From an uncultured Bacilli bacterium (GTDB lineage: Bacteria; Bacillota_I; Bacilli_A; RF39; UBA660), in NCBI GenBank assembly GCA_934101865.1, contig CAKOSA010000003.1:4940-68939 (forward strand): DNA of 64,000 bases, in the 5' to 3' direction. The notes under the pieces were generated by a model. That model was not told the origin of the DNA. It saw only the letters and a list, made by a program, of their open reading frames with translations, and ran no database searches. Shown here piece by piece: positions 50,186 through 57,738 of this stretch; positions within the stretch are counted from its first letter, which is position 1, and every line of letters starts with the position of its first letter. A program made the translations under genes and the position numbers.

Positions 50186-50214
50186 ATACTATCATAAGTT
50201 TATGGGTTTGTCAA
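50186..50214 (-). promoter_or_regulatory. Sigma-A-type promoter of the membrane-protein/amidoligase cassette with a palindrome over the -35
   Basis: Minus strand reads TTGACA-17 nt-TAGTAT (TGa extended -10). GGGTTTG-T-CAAACCC (50204-50218) is centred on the -35. Confidence 0.5.
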
Positions 50215-50288
50215 ACCCTACGGGAAGGAAGATAGAGATTTTTGATTAAAGGGGCTAATATTTATTTGTTACATAGAATTATAGATAG

Positions 50289-50311
50289 AAAAAAAGTCCG
50301 ATAATGGACTT
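50289..50311 (-). terminator. Rho-independent terminator after the tRNA cluster
   Basis: Minus strand reads AAGTCC-attatc-GGACTT followed by TTTTTTC. Confidence 0.55.
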
Positions 50312-50323
50312 ATAAATCATAAT

Positions 50324-50410
50324 TGGTACAAGGAAGGAGACTTGAACTCCCACGACCTAATGGTCACTACCCCCTCAAAGTAGTGCGTCTACCTATTCCG
50401 CCATCCCTGC
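50324..50410 (-). tRNA. tRNA-Leu(GAG)
   Basis: 87 nt. Cloverleaf folded by hand: long variable arm GACC-atta-GGTC, anticodon loop TTGAGGG, encoded CCA. Confidence 0.85.
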
Positions 50411-50416
50411 ATAAAG

Positions 50417-50492
50417 TGGTGCCGACTACAGGAATTGAACCCGTAACCTACTGATTACGATTCAGTTGCTCTACCTATTGAGCTAAGTCGGC
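50417..50492 (-). tRNA. tRNA-Thr(CGT)
   Basis: 76 nt. Perfect acceptor stem GCCGACT/AGTCGGC, anticodon loop ATCGTAA, encoded CCA. Confidence 0.85.
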
Positions 50493-50502
50493 ATTTTATT
50501 AA

Positions 50503-50522
50503 AACCCTACTTGGTAGGGCTT
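50503..50522 (-). other. Hairpin between tRNA-Glu and tRNA-Thr (attenuator/processing signal candidate)
   Basis: Minus strand reads AGCCCTAC-caa-GTAGGGTT followed by TTAATAAAAT. Confidence 0.35.
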
Positions 50523-50533
50523 AAAAATCATAA

Positions 50534-50610
50534 TGGTGACTCGTATGGGACTTGAACCCATGGAATATTGCCTTGAGAGGGCAACGTGTTAACCACTTCA
50601 CCAACGAGCC
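50534..50610 (-). tRNA. tRNA-Glu(CTC)
   Basis: 77 nt. Acceptor GGCTCGT/ACGAGTC, anticodon loop CTCTCAA. Overall similar to Bacillus tRNA-Glu. Encoded CCA. Confidence 0.8.
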
Positions 50611-50671
50611 ACTGACATTATTAATTTTAACATATTTATTGTGGTTTGTCTAGGGGTATTTTTGATTTTTT

Positions 50672-52330
50672 TTATAATTTTTCGTCTAGATATGTAATAA
50701 ATTTATTCATTCTTTCTTTTACTCTTGTTTCGCCAAGAACATTCATTATTTGATATAGGTCGGGTGTTTTAGTGGAAGATGTTAAACTTACTCTAATTAA
50801 CTCGCATACATCACCTACGTGACCTTTGTAATTTTCGGGATTTTGTTTATATTCTTTTACTTCTTTGGCATAACCGTATTTTAGAGATAATTTTTTTATT
50901 TTTTCATACCATATTTCTTCATTATCTTTATTATTATAGTAATTTTCTATATAGTCTTTTAGTATTTCTTTTTTATAACTTGTTTTTAACTTTAAATTGT
51001 CGTAGTTAAATAGTTCATCATACATATAGTTTATTTTGTCTTTTATTTCACTATACATTGCATAGTCTTTGCGTGGTTTCTTGCCTTCTCTTTCTATATT
51101 TAAGATATTTATTGTATAGTCTTTTTTTTCTTTTATAAGGGACCCAAAGGGTACATCAAATACTTCTTCATATTTTACTAAATTATCATATAGTTTGGTA
51201 GCGGGAAGATGAGCTAAGTAATTTTTGGAAATATTTAATAATTTATCCATATCGAAAATGGCACCACTAGAACTCATTTTATTTAAACTGAATTTGAAAT
51301 TGTCTATTGTTTGAGTGGGATTGGCACTCTTCCAGCCTTCATAATTGGTATTGGCAACAGTCATTAGATATTCTTTAACTGCTTCGTAAGGTATTCCTTT
51401 TTCATAATAGTAGCTTACTTTGGCTTCGGGATCTTTTCTTTTGGATATTTTTCTTACTCTATCTTCTTCTTTTTTTAGAAGGGGGGAGATATGGCCGAAG
51501 GCTGGTAAGAAGAAATGGAAATAGTTAAATAGTTGGTAATGGATTGGGAAAGATGAAAGCCATTCATCTCCTCTTATTATATGGGTTACTCTCATTAGAT
51601 GGTCGTCTATTACGTGAGCAAAGTGGTAAGTTGGATATTTATCGCTTTTTAGAAGAATGGTATCGATATCGTTTTCAGGGAATTCTACCTCCCCTTTTAC
51701 TAAATCTTTATATTTTATTTTATTGTTAAAATTTCCTGATGATTTTAGTCTTATAACGTATTTTTCGCCATTATTTATTTTTTCTTCTATTTCAGTAAGA
51801 GAAAGATTACGACATTTTGCATACTTACCATAATACCCTATCCTTTCTTTATTTTGGGACTGGGTTTCTCTTAGTTTTTCTAATTCTTTTTCACTGCAAA
51901 AACAGGGATATGCTAGACCGTTTTTTACGAGGTGGTAAGCAAAAGATTTGTATATATTTAATCTTTCTGATTGTTTATAGGGACCGTATATTCCTGTTTC
52001 CTCCATTTCGTTTAGGGCTCCTTCATTTATGGTTATGTTAAAATTTTTTAAATCTTTGATTATTTCTTCGATAGATCCTTTTATTAATCTATTTTGATCA
52101 GTATCTTCTATTCTTAAAAAGAATATTCCTTTGGCATCACTTGAATACTTTTGATTTATAAAGGCTGTATATAGTGATCCTATGTGGACAAAGCCGGTTG
52201 GTGAGGGAGCAAAACGGGTTACTACTTTTTCTTTGCGATAGGGATATTTTTCCTCATAGTATTCTACACTCTTTATTTCTTCTTTATTAAAGAGGAGATT
52301 TGCTAAGTTTATATTTGTTTCTTCGTTCAT
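50672..52330 (-). CDS. gltX: Glutamate--tRNA ligase (long, ~550-aa form)
   Basis: RFAPSPTGFVHIGS (HIGH region) and a KISKR KMSKS-like loop. Start set to the ATG at 52330 (AAGGTGA SD). Confidence 0.9.
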   Translation of the reverse strand: MNEETNINLANLLFNKEEIKSVEYYEEKYPYRKEKVVTRFAPSPTGFVHIGSLYTAFINQKYSSDAKGIFFLRIEDTDQNRLIKGSIEEIIKDLKNFNITINEGALNEMEETGIYGPYKQSERLNIYKSFAYHLVKNGLAYPCFCSEKELEKLRETQSQNKERIGYYGKYAKCRNLSLTEIEEKINNGEKYVIRLKSSGNFNNKIKYKDLVKGEVEFPENDIDTILLKSDKYPTYHFAHVIDDHLMRVTHIIRGDEWLSSFPIHYQLFNYFHFFLPAFGHISPLLKKEEDRVRKISKRKDPEAKVSYYYEKGIPYEAVKEYLMTVANTNYEGWKSANPTQTIDNFKFSLNKMSSSGAIFDMDKLLNISKNYLAHLPATKLYDNLVKYEEVFDVPFGSLIKEKKDYTINILNIEREGKKPRKDYAMYSEIKDKINYMYDELFNYDNLKLKTSYKKEILKDYIENYYNNKDNEEIWYEKIKKLSLKYGYAKEVKEYKQNPENYKGHVGDVCELIRVSLTSSTKTPDLYQIMNVLGETRVKERMNKFITYLDEKL

Positions 52331-52357
52331 ATTTATCACCTTAATTTAAAAAAAATA

Positions 52358-52431
52358 TGGTTGCCATAGCTAGATTCGAACTAGCGATCGTGGAGTCAGA
52401 GTCCACTGCCTTACCGCTTGGCTATATGGCA
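52358..52431 (-). tRNA. tRNA-Gln(CTG)
   Basis: 74 nt. U1-A72 acceptor TGCCATA/TATGGCA, anticodon loop CTCTGAC, encoded CCA. Its 3' end lies 27 nt upstream of the gltX ATG. Confidence 0.85.
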
Positions 52432-52443
52432 ATCACATTTATA

Positions 52444-52471
52444 ATTATAGCACTTTTTTTAATTATTGCAA
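52444..52471 (-). promoter_or_regulatory. Sigma-A-type promoter driving tRNA-Gln and gltX
   Basis: Minus strand reads TTGCAA-16 nt-TATAAT with a TGc extended -10, 12 nt upstream of the mature tRNA 5' end. Confidence 0.55.
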
Positions 52472-52626
52472 TGGTTTTAGAACAATTTTTGCGTTTTTGA
52501 AGGGGTCTAGGTGTAGTTTTCTAATTTCTGCTACTTTGATTTATAATTGAAAAAACTTACAATGGATATTTGATTGGTAATATTTTTTTCTATATATAAT
52601 ATACTTTAATAGAAAAGAGGGAATAT

Positions 52627-53118
52627 ATGATTAATAAGAACAATTTGTGGTTTCTGACATTATTTAGTTTAGTGTTAATTCTTAGTATTTATTACATTAC
52701 TATGCCTAGTGAACTTCTTAGTACGGAAAATGATAAGAGTACAGAAAAAACAGCCAAAGTAGAAACTAATGAAGTGGATTTGATATCAGCCCTTAGACTT
52801 GAAGACGAGAGTTCGGGAGAGGAAGAGGTTAATAAACTTAAAGAGACATTATCGAATGCTAAGGCAACGGTAGAGGAAAAGAATACGGCCTTTGAAGAAC
52901 TTAAAAGGGTTAATGGTAAACAGGCTAAGGAAGAGATGATTGAAGAAAAGTTAAAGACAGAGCTTAAGCTTGATACTTTTGTTAAGGTTGATGGGGATCA
53001 GATTAGGGTTGTAGTTGGTTCTAAGGAGCATTCGGCCTCACTTGCTAATGAAGTTATGAGATTAATTCAGGAGTTGTTTGATTCTAAGATGTATATTTCA
53101 GTGCAATTTCAGAATTAA
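52627..53118 (+). CDS. spoIIIAH: Stage III sporulation protein AH-like
   Basis: 163 aa. N-terminus NLWFLTLFSLVLILSIYYITMP parallels Bacillus SpoIIIAH, followed by a charged linker and a C-terminal YscJ/FliF-like domain pattern. Confidence 0.7.
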   Translation: MINKNNLWFLTLFSLVLILSIYYITMPSELLSTENDKSTEKTAKVETNEVDLISALRLEDESSGEEEVNKLKETLSNAKATVEEKNTAFEELKRVNGKQAKEEMIEEKLKTELKLDTFVKVDGDQIRVVVGSKEHSASLANEVMRLIQELFDSKMYISVQFQN

Positions 53119-53133
53119 TGGGTAAATGTCCTC

Positions 53134-53160
53134 ACTTATATGGGAATAATGCATAGTATA
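53134..53160 (+). promoter_or_regulatory. Sigma-K-like promoter upstream of gerE
   Basis: AC-16 nt-CATAGTATA fits the AC-N16/17-CATAnnnTA consensus. Bacillus gerE is sigma-K dependent. Confidence 0.4.
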
Positions 53161-53200
53161 TTATGAAACATAGACCACCCTATAGGGAAGTGAGGTATTT

Positions 53201-53407
53201 ATGAATAAGAGTATATTAACGAAAAGAGAAAAAGAAGTTTTTAACTTGCTAATTATGAATAAATCGACTAAGGATATTGCTGATATTCTTGATATTAGTG
53301 AGAAGACGGTTAGAAATCATATATCTAATGCGATGCAGAAGTTAGCTGTTAAGGGAAGAGCACAAGCTGTTGTAGAACTGATTAGATTAAAGGAAATTGC
53401 TTTATAG
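53201..53407 (+). CDS. gerE: Spore coat gene regulator GerE (LuxR-type HTH)
   Basis: 68 aa, near-collinear with B. subtilis GerE (LTKREKEVF..ISEKTVRNHISNAMQKL.VKGR.QAVVEL). Confidence 0.85.
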   Translation: MNKSILTKREKEVFNLLIMNKSTKDIADILDISEKTVRNHISNAMQKLAVKGRAQAVVELIRLKEIAL

Positions 53408-53475
53408 CTTTTTCTTTTTGCATTTTTGGGCTATGTGGGCATATAATCTAATGGGTGATTATAGTGCTATTGAGA

Positions 53476-54420
53476 ATGTCATTGAAAAAGATTATGGTTG
53501 CGTCAACGGCTTTGTGTATACTTCTTCTTATTTATTTGATTCCGTCTAATGGGGAGGAGTTTAAGTTTAAGGAAAAGAATGTTACTTATGTACAAAATAA
53601 TACTAAAGAGACTATTTATCTTCTTGATAAAAATGATTATGTAGCACGAACTAGTATTGCTACTTGTAACTGTGATGTTAGGGATAAGGCAAGGGAACTT
53701 ACAGAGGGGCTTATTATTGGTGGGAAGAAAAGTGATATTATTCCTAGTGGTTTTAGGAGTATTATTCCTCCAGCAGTTAGTATTTTAGCAGTGGAACTTG
53801 TAGAGGGAACGCTTACGATTGATTTTTCGAGGGATTTATTGGATGTTAATCCGAAATATGAGGAGAAGATGATTGAGGCAATTGTTTACACGCTTACTTC
53901 TTTGGATGGTATTGATAATGTTAGGATTCTTGTTGAGGGAGAGGCTTTGAATAAACTTCCAAAAATGGATAAGGCTTTGGATGTTGTTTTGGATAAATCG
54001 ATTGGTATTAATAAGGTATATGCTTTGACTAGTCCTAAGGATGTTATTTCTTATACGGTGTATTATGTTAGTAAGAATAGTGATTATTATTATGTGCCGG
54101 TTACGAAGTATGTTAATAATGTGGGGTCAGATAAGATTAAACTTATTATTAATTCTTTGGCTACTTCTTTTACTTATGAGAGTAATTTGATGAGTTTTTT
54201 GAATTCTGATGTAGAACTTTTGGATTATAAACTGGATAATGATAGTATTTCTCTTAATTTTAATGATATGATTTTGGATGATATTGGAAAAAATAATATT
54301 TTAGAAGAGGTGATTTATACTATTTGCTTGTCCTTAGAGGATAATTTTGATGTAAAAGAGGTTACTTTTACGGCAAATAATGAAAAAATTTCAACAATTT
54401 CGTTAAAAATGCTTGATTAA
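53476..54420 (+). CDS. gerM: GerM-like sporulation/germination protein (two GerMN-type domains)
   Basis: Membrane-anchored N-terminus, then two repeats with a GerMN-like pattern (TIDFS...IEAIVYTLTSLDGIDNVRILVEG). Start set to the ATG at 53476; the track ORF begins at a GTG at 53455. Confidence 0.6.
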   Translation: MSLKKIMVASTALCILLLIYLIPSNGEEFKFKEKNVTYVQNNTKETIYLLDKNDYVARTSIATCNCDVRDKARELTEGLIIGGKKSDIIPSGFRSIIPPAVSILAVELVEGTLTIDFSRDLLDVNPKYEEKMIEAIVYTLTSLDGIDNVRILVEGEALNKLPKMDKALDVVLDKSIGINKVYALTSPKDVISYTVYYVSKNSDYYYVPVTKYVNNVGSDKIKLIINSLATSFTYESNLMSFLNSDVELLDYKLDNDSISLNFNDMILDDIGKNNILEEVIYTICLSLEDNFDVKEVTFTANNEKISTISLKMLD

Positions 54421-54441
54421 TTGGTAAAAAAGGTGTATAAT
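54413..54441 (+). promoter_or_regulatory. Sigma-A-type promoter of tRNA-Arg
   Basis: TTGATT-17 nt-TATAAT, 26 nt upstream of the tRNA 5' end. Confidence 0.5.
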
Positions 54442-54467
54442 TTACAATGTAATTGATTGTTACACCT

Positions 54468-54544
54468 GTCCTCGTAGCTCAGCTGGATAGAGCACACGCC
54501 TTCTAAGCGTGCGGTCATAGGTTCGAATCCTATCGGGGACGCCA
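54468..54544 (+). tRNA. tRNA-Arg(TCT)
   Basis: 77 nt. Acceptor GTCCTCG/CGGGGAC, anticodon stem CACGC/GCGTG with loop CTTCTAA, T-loop GGTTCGAATCC, encoded CCA. Confidence 0.9.
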
Positions 54545-54556
54545 TTATTGATTATT

Positions 54557-54589
54557 AAAGTACGTAAGTTTGTTCTTACGTACTTTTTT
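54557..54589. terminator. Bidirectional terminator
   Basis: AAAGTACGTAAG-tttgtt-CTTACGTACTTTTTT, a 12-bp stem between tRNA-Arg (+) and a convergent lipoprotein gene (-). Confidence 0.75.
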
Positions 54590-55058
54590 AATACATTCCT
54601 TGAATTTTTTTGATGTCACTACTAGATGGGGGATTTAGAATCCAGTTACCGCTATCGTCTTTGGATAATTCAAAGTTTATGGTATAGTTTATGGTTTCGC
54701 TTGCTTTTTCGAGGTCGTCTATTCTAGTGGTTATGTCTGAGTTATTTACTATTTTTTTATAGTCTAATACTTCGATTTGTACTTCGACGGTAGCAAGATT
54801 GCCATCGATTTTTTCGTCTTTGATTTTATATGTAAGATTTTGATAACCTTTTTTTATTATTTTTTTATAGCGTTCTTTTTCGCTATCATCTACAGTAGAG
54901 TTTTCTACTACGTCGTTTATTTCTTTTTCAACGTCTTTGTCTAGTTTTTGATACTTTGTTAAATAGTCTTCAACAATACTGGTAGGTGTATTGGCTAAAT
55001 GACAGGCTGTTAGGGATATTATGGGTATAATTATTAATGTGTATTTTAGGTATTTCAT
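54588..55058 (-). CDS. Hypothetical lipoprotein
   Basis: Lipobox ISLTAC after a signal sequence. Start set to the ATG at 55058 (GGTGA SD). Confidence 0.55.
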   Translation of the reverse strand: MKYLKYTLIIIPIISLTACHLANTPTSIVEDYLTKYQKLDKDVEKEINDVVENSTVDDSEKERYKKIIKKGYQNLTYKIKDEKIDGNLATVEVQIEVLDYKKIVNNSDITTRIDDLEKASETINYTINFELSKDDSGNWILNPPSSSDIKKIQGMY

Positions 55059-55105
55059 TTTTATCACCATTTTTATTATGGTTTGTTTTTTGATTTTTTA
55101 TACTA

Positions 55106-55135
55106 ATGAAAAAACAGATAGTTTTCTCTATCTAT
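55106..55135 (-). terminator. Hairpin terminator overlapping the stop of the upstream gene
   Basis: AAAAAACAGATAG-ttttct-CTATCTATTTTTT, imperfect stem. Confidence 0.45.
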
Positions 55136-56226
55136 TTTTTGTTTCTTTTTAGAAGGGATAGTATTAATCCAAAGGCTATGGATATGGTTATGAATGTTAC
55201 TACTCCGCCTAATATTGGTATTTGCTTTAATATATATAATATAGTTATTCCAAGCAATCCTACTAAGTATTTATTTTGGTTATTTTTTTGTATTTTGTTA
55301 TATATCATTTCACCGAGAAGCGGACCTACCAAAATGGTTGAAGTGCATATTATTAGTATATATAGGGCCAGTAATAATAGTCCTAGGGATAGGCCAAATA
55401 TACTTATTAAGAGTAGTAATATGGCAATTGGTACGAGAAGAAGGGTTATTACTCCGTAGCCAAAGCTTTTGAGGAGATCTATATTTTGTTTATATAGGTT
55501 TGGTACTAATAAATATAGGGCAGAAAATACGATTAGTAGGCCTATTAAGTTAGTTAATTTTTCCCATATTATAGTCGATGTTGATTCTTCCTTCTCTTCT
55601 ACTTCGTAGGTTTTGGTATTTGATATTTGGCTGCCTTTTTCTATAGTAAGGTTGTTTTCGGCTATGTTGCTTGGATATTTAAGGGTTCCTTTTATGGTTG
55701 TTTTGTCATCTATGGTTATTGTATCAGAATGAATAGTTATATTTCCGGAAATAGTGGCTCCTTTGATATTTACATTTGATGCGTATACTTCTATGTTTCT
55801 TCCGAAATGACCAGATATTGTTAAGGTATTAGCGAAAATGGCCACGTCTCTTCCGATAGTAGTGGTATCGTCTATGGTAACATTGTTTCCGAAAATGGCT
55901 CCATCATTATTGGTATTTCCACTTATGGTTACGTTGTTACCAAAGACAAAACCGTAGTCATTGTTGTTTTTGGATATGACATTATTTCCGAAGATAAGAT
56001 TTATGCCTTTTACTTCTCCTGATGCTTCAACTTTATCACCAAAGATAATGTTTGAACCTAAGATTTTTTTGTCAAAAGTGACATTGTCATCACTTTCAGA
56101 GTTAAATTTTTCTTCATAGTCTGTATTGGTGTTAACTGTTAAATTGTTTTTTTCATTCTCATCAGCGTATATGATGTTTAGGGCTGATAAGGCAAGTAAG
56201 ATACTAAATAGTATTTTCTTTTTCAT
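55132..56226 (-). CDS. Beta-helix repeat (bactofilin/DUF583-like) protein with signal peptide and C-terminal 4-TM block
   Basis: 364 aa. Repeated (I/V)FGNNV(T/I)I(S/D) units about 18-20 aa apart, then four hydrophobic helices. Confidence 0.65.
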   Translation of the reverse strand: MKKKILFSILLALSALNIIYADENEKNNLTVNTNTDYEEKFNSESDDNVTFDKKILGSNIIFGDKVEASGEVKGINLIFGNNVISKNNNDYGFVFGNNVTISGNTNNDGAIFGNNVTIDDTTTIGRDVAIFANTLTISGHFGRNIEVYASNVNIKGATISGNITIHSDTITIDDKTTIKGTLKYPSNIAENNLTIEKGSQISNTKTYEVEEKEESTSTIIWEKLTNLIGLLIVFSALYLLVPNLYKQNIDLLKSFGYGVITLLLVPIAILLLLISIFGLSLGLLLLALYILIICTSTILVGPLLGEMIYNKIQKNNQNKYLVGLLGITILYILKQIPILGGVVTFITISIAFGLILSLLKRNKK

Positions 56227-57289
56227 TTACTTTATCCTTTCCTTTGATTTTGGTTATTTTGCCATTTATATCATCTTCAAAGAACTTTAGGGTTGTTATT
56301 AGGATAATGGCAACTGGGATTGACACAACTATACCCCAGAATCCTCCTATTATTCCTCCGGCAAAGACAGCGAATATTATTATTAATGGATGTAATTGGT
56401 TGGATTTTCCATATATTTTTGGTCCTATTACATAGCTATCTATTTGTGGACATACTACTAGTATTACGGCTGTTAGTATAAATAGTTTAGTGCTTATAAC
56501 GGATGATATTAGAAGGGCTAGTATGCTTACGATTAGTCCTCCAAAGATTGGTATTATTGTAAATACTCCGGATAATAGGCCTAGTACTAGGAAATTGGGG
56601 TGGCCGATTATAAAGAAGGCAAAGGTGTATTCGAGGCCTTGAACGATAATGTTCATTCCCATTCCTCTTATGTAATTTGAGATTTCTACATCTAGTCTTT
56701 TTAGATAGTTATAGGCTTTCTTTCTTTTTCCCGTTAGGTTTTCTTTGAGGAATTTTCTTATTTTCTCCATATCTACTACTATGTATAGGCTGGCAGCTAT
56801 AACTACAATGGCGTTAGCTACAACGCTTACACCGGTATTTACTAGGTTTATGGCTCCACTTGATAAGTACTTTCCTACGCTTTCCATCATATCACTTGAT
56901 ATTTGAGAAAGGGATGTTTGTAATACTTTTAGGTTTAATTCGTATTTGCTTGATATATCGGATACGAATACGGATATATTGCTTATAAATAGTAGGGTTT
57001 GTTCATATAGCATTGGTACAGCTAATATGAGTACTATTAGTATTATTCCAAAGGTTATTATGGATACGGTTAGGATAGCGAGCCACTTGGGACTTCCGGC
57101 CTCTCGTAGTTTTTTTACCATTGGGTATAATACGTAAGCTAGGGCGAATGCTAGTAGGAAGGGGAATATTATGCTTCCTACGGTTTTTAGGGCTCCAAGC
57201 CAAACGCCTCTTATTAGGTATATTAGTAATACTATTAAGAGGATTAGGGTTATGTTTACTAATTTGTAATCTACATTGTCTTTTTTCAT
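56204..57289 (-). CDS. AI-2E family (PerM/YdiK-like) membrane transporter
   Basis: 361 aa, about 8 TM helices. Pattern typical of the AI-2E/UPF0118 family. Confidence 0.8.
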   Translation of the reverse strand: MKKDNVDYKLVNITLILLIVLLIYLIRGVWLGALKTVGSIIFPFLLAFALAYVLYPMVKKLREAGSPKWLAILTVSIITFGIILIVLILAVPMLYEQTLLFISNISVFVSDISSKYELNLKVLQTSLSQISSDMMESVGKYLSSGAINLVNTGVSVVANAIVVIAASLYIVVDMEKIRKFLKENLTGKRKKAYNYLKRLDVEISNYIRGMGMNIIVQGLEYTFAFFIIGHPNFLVLGLLSGVFTIIPIFGGLIVSILALLISSVISTKLFILTAVILVVCPQIDSYVIGPKIYGKSNQLHPLIIIFAVFAGGIIGGFWGIVVSIPVAIILITTLKFFEDDINGKITKIKGKDKVNEKENTI

Positions 57290-57300
57290 TTTTCTCCTCC

Positions 57301-57738
57301 TTATTTTTCTATTATTATGGTTACGGGTCCGTCGTTTATTAGAGATACTTCCATATTGGCTCCAAAGATACCGGTTTGAGGCTCTATGTTGTACTTGGTG
57401 AATTCTTCGTTGAATTTTTCATAGAGTTTAATGGCTTTATCTCCGGCAAGGGCATCTACGTAACTGGGACGACGACCTTTTTTTGTATCCGCGTATAGCG
57501 TAAACTGACTTACGGAAAGTATTTCGCCTTTGGTATCTAATAGGCTTTTATTCATAACGCCGTTTTCATCATCGAATATTCTTAGATTGACGATTTTATC
57601 TACCATATAGGGTATATGGGTAATATCGTCCTCGCTCGTAAAACCGACAAGGATTAGTAGCCCCCCGTTTATTTGGCCGACAATTTTTTCGTCCACTTTA
57701 ACTGATGCAGTTTTACATCTTTGTAATACGACTTTCAT
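57301..57738 (-). CDS. dtd: D-aminoacyl-tRNA deacylase
   Basis: 145 aa. MKVVLQR, SQFTLYADTKKGRRPS and NDGPVT motifs. TAATG overlap with relA. Confidence 0.93.
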   Translation of the reverse strand: MKVVLQRCKTASVKVDEKIVGQINGGLLILVGFTSEDDITHIPYMVDKIVNLRIFDDENGVMNKSLLDTKGEILSVSQFTLYADTKKGRRPSYVDALAGDKAIKLYEKFNEEFTKYNIEPQTGIFGANMEVSLINDGPVTIIIEK

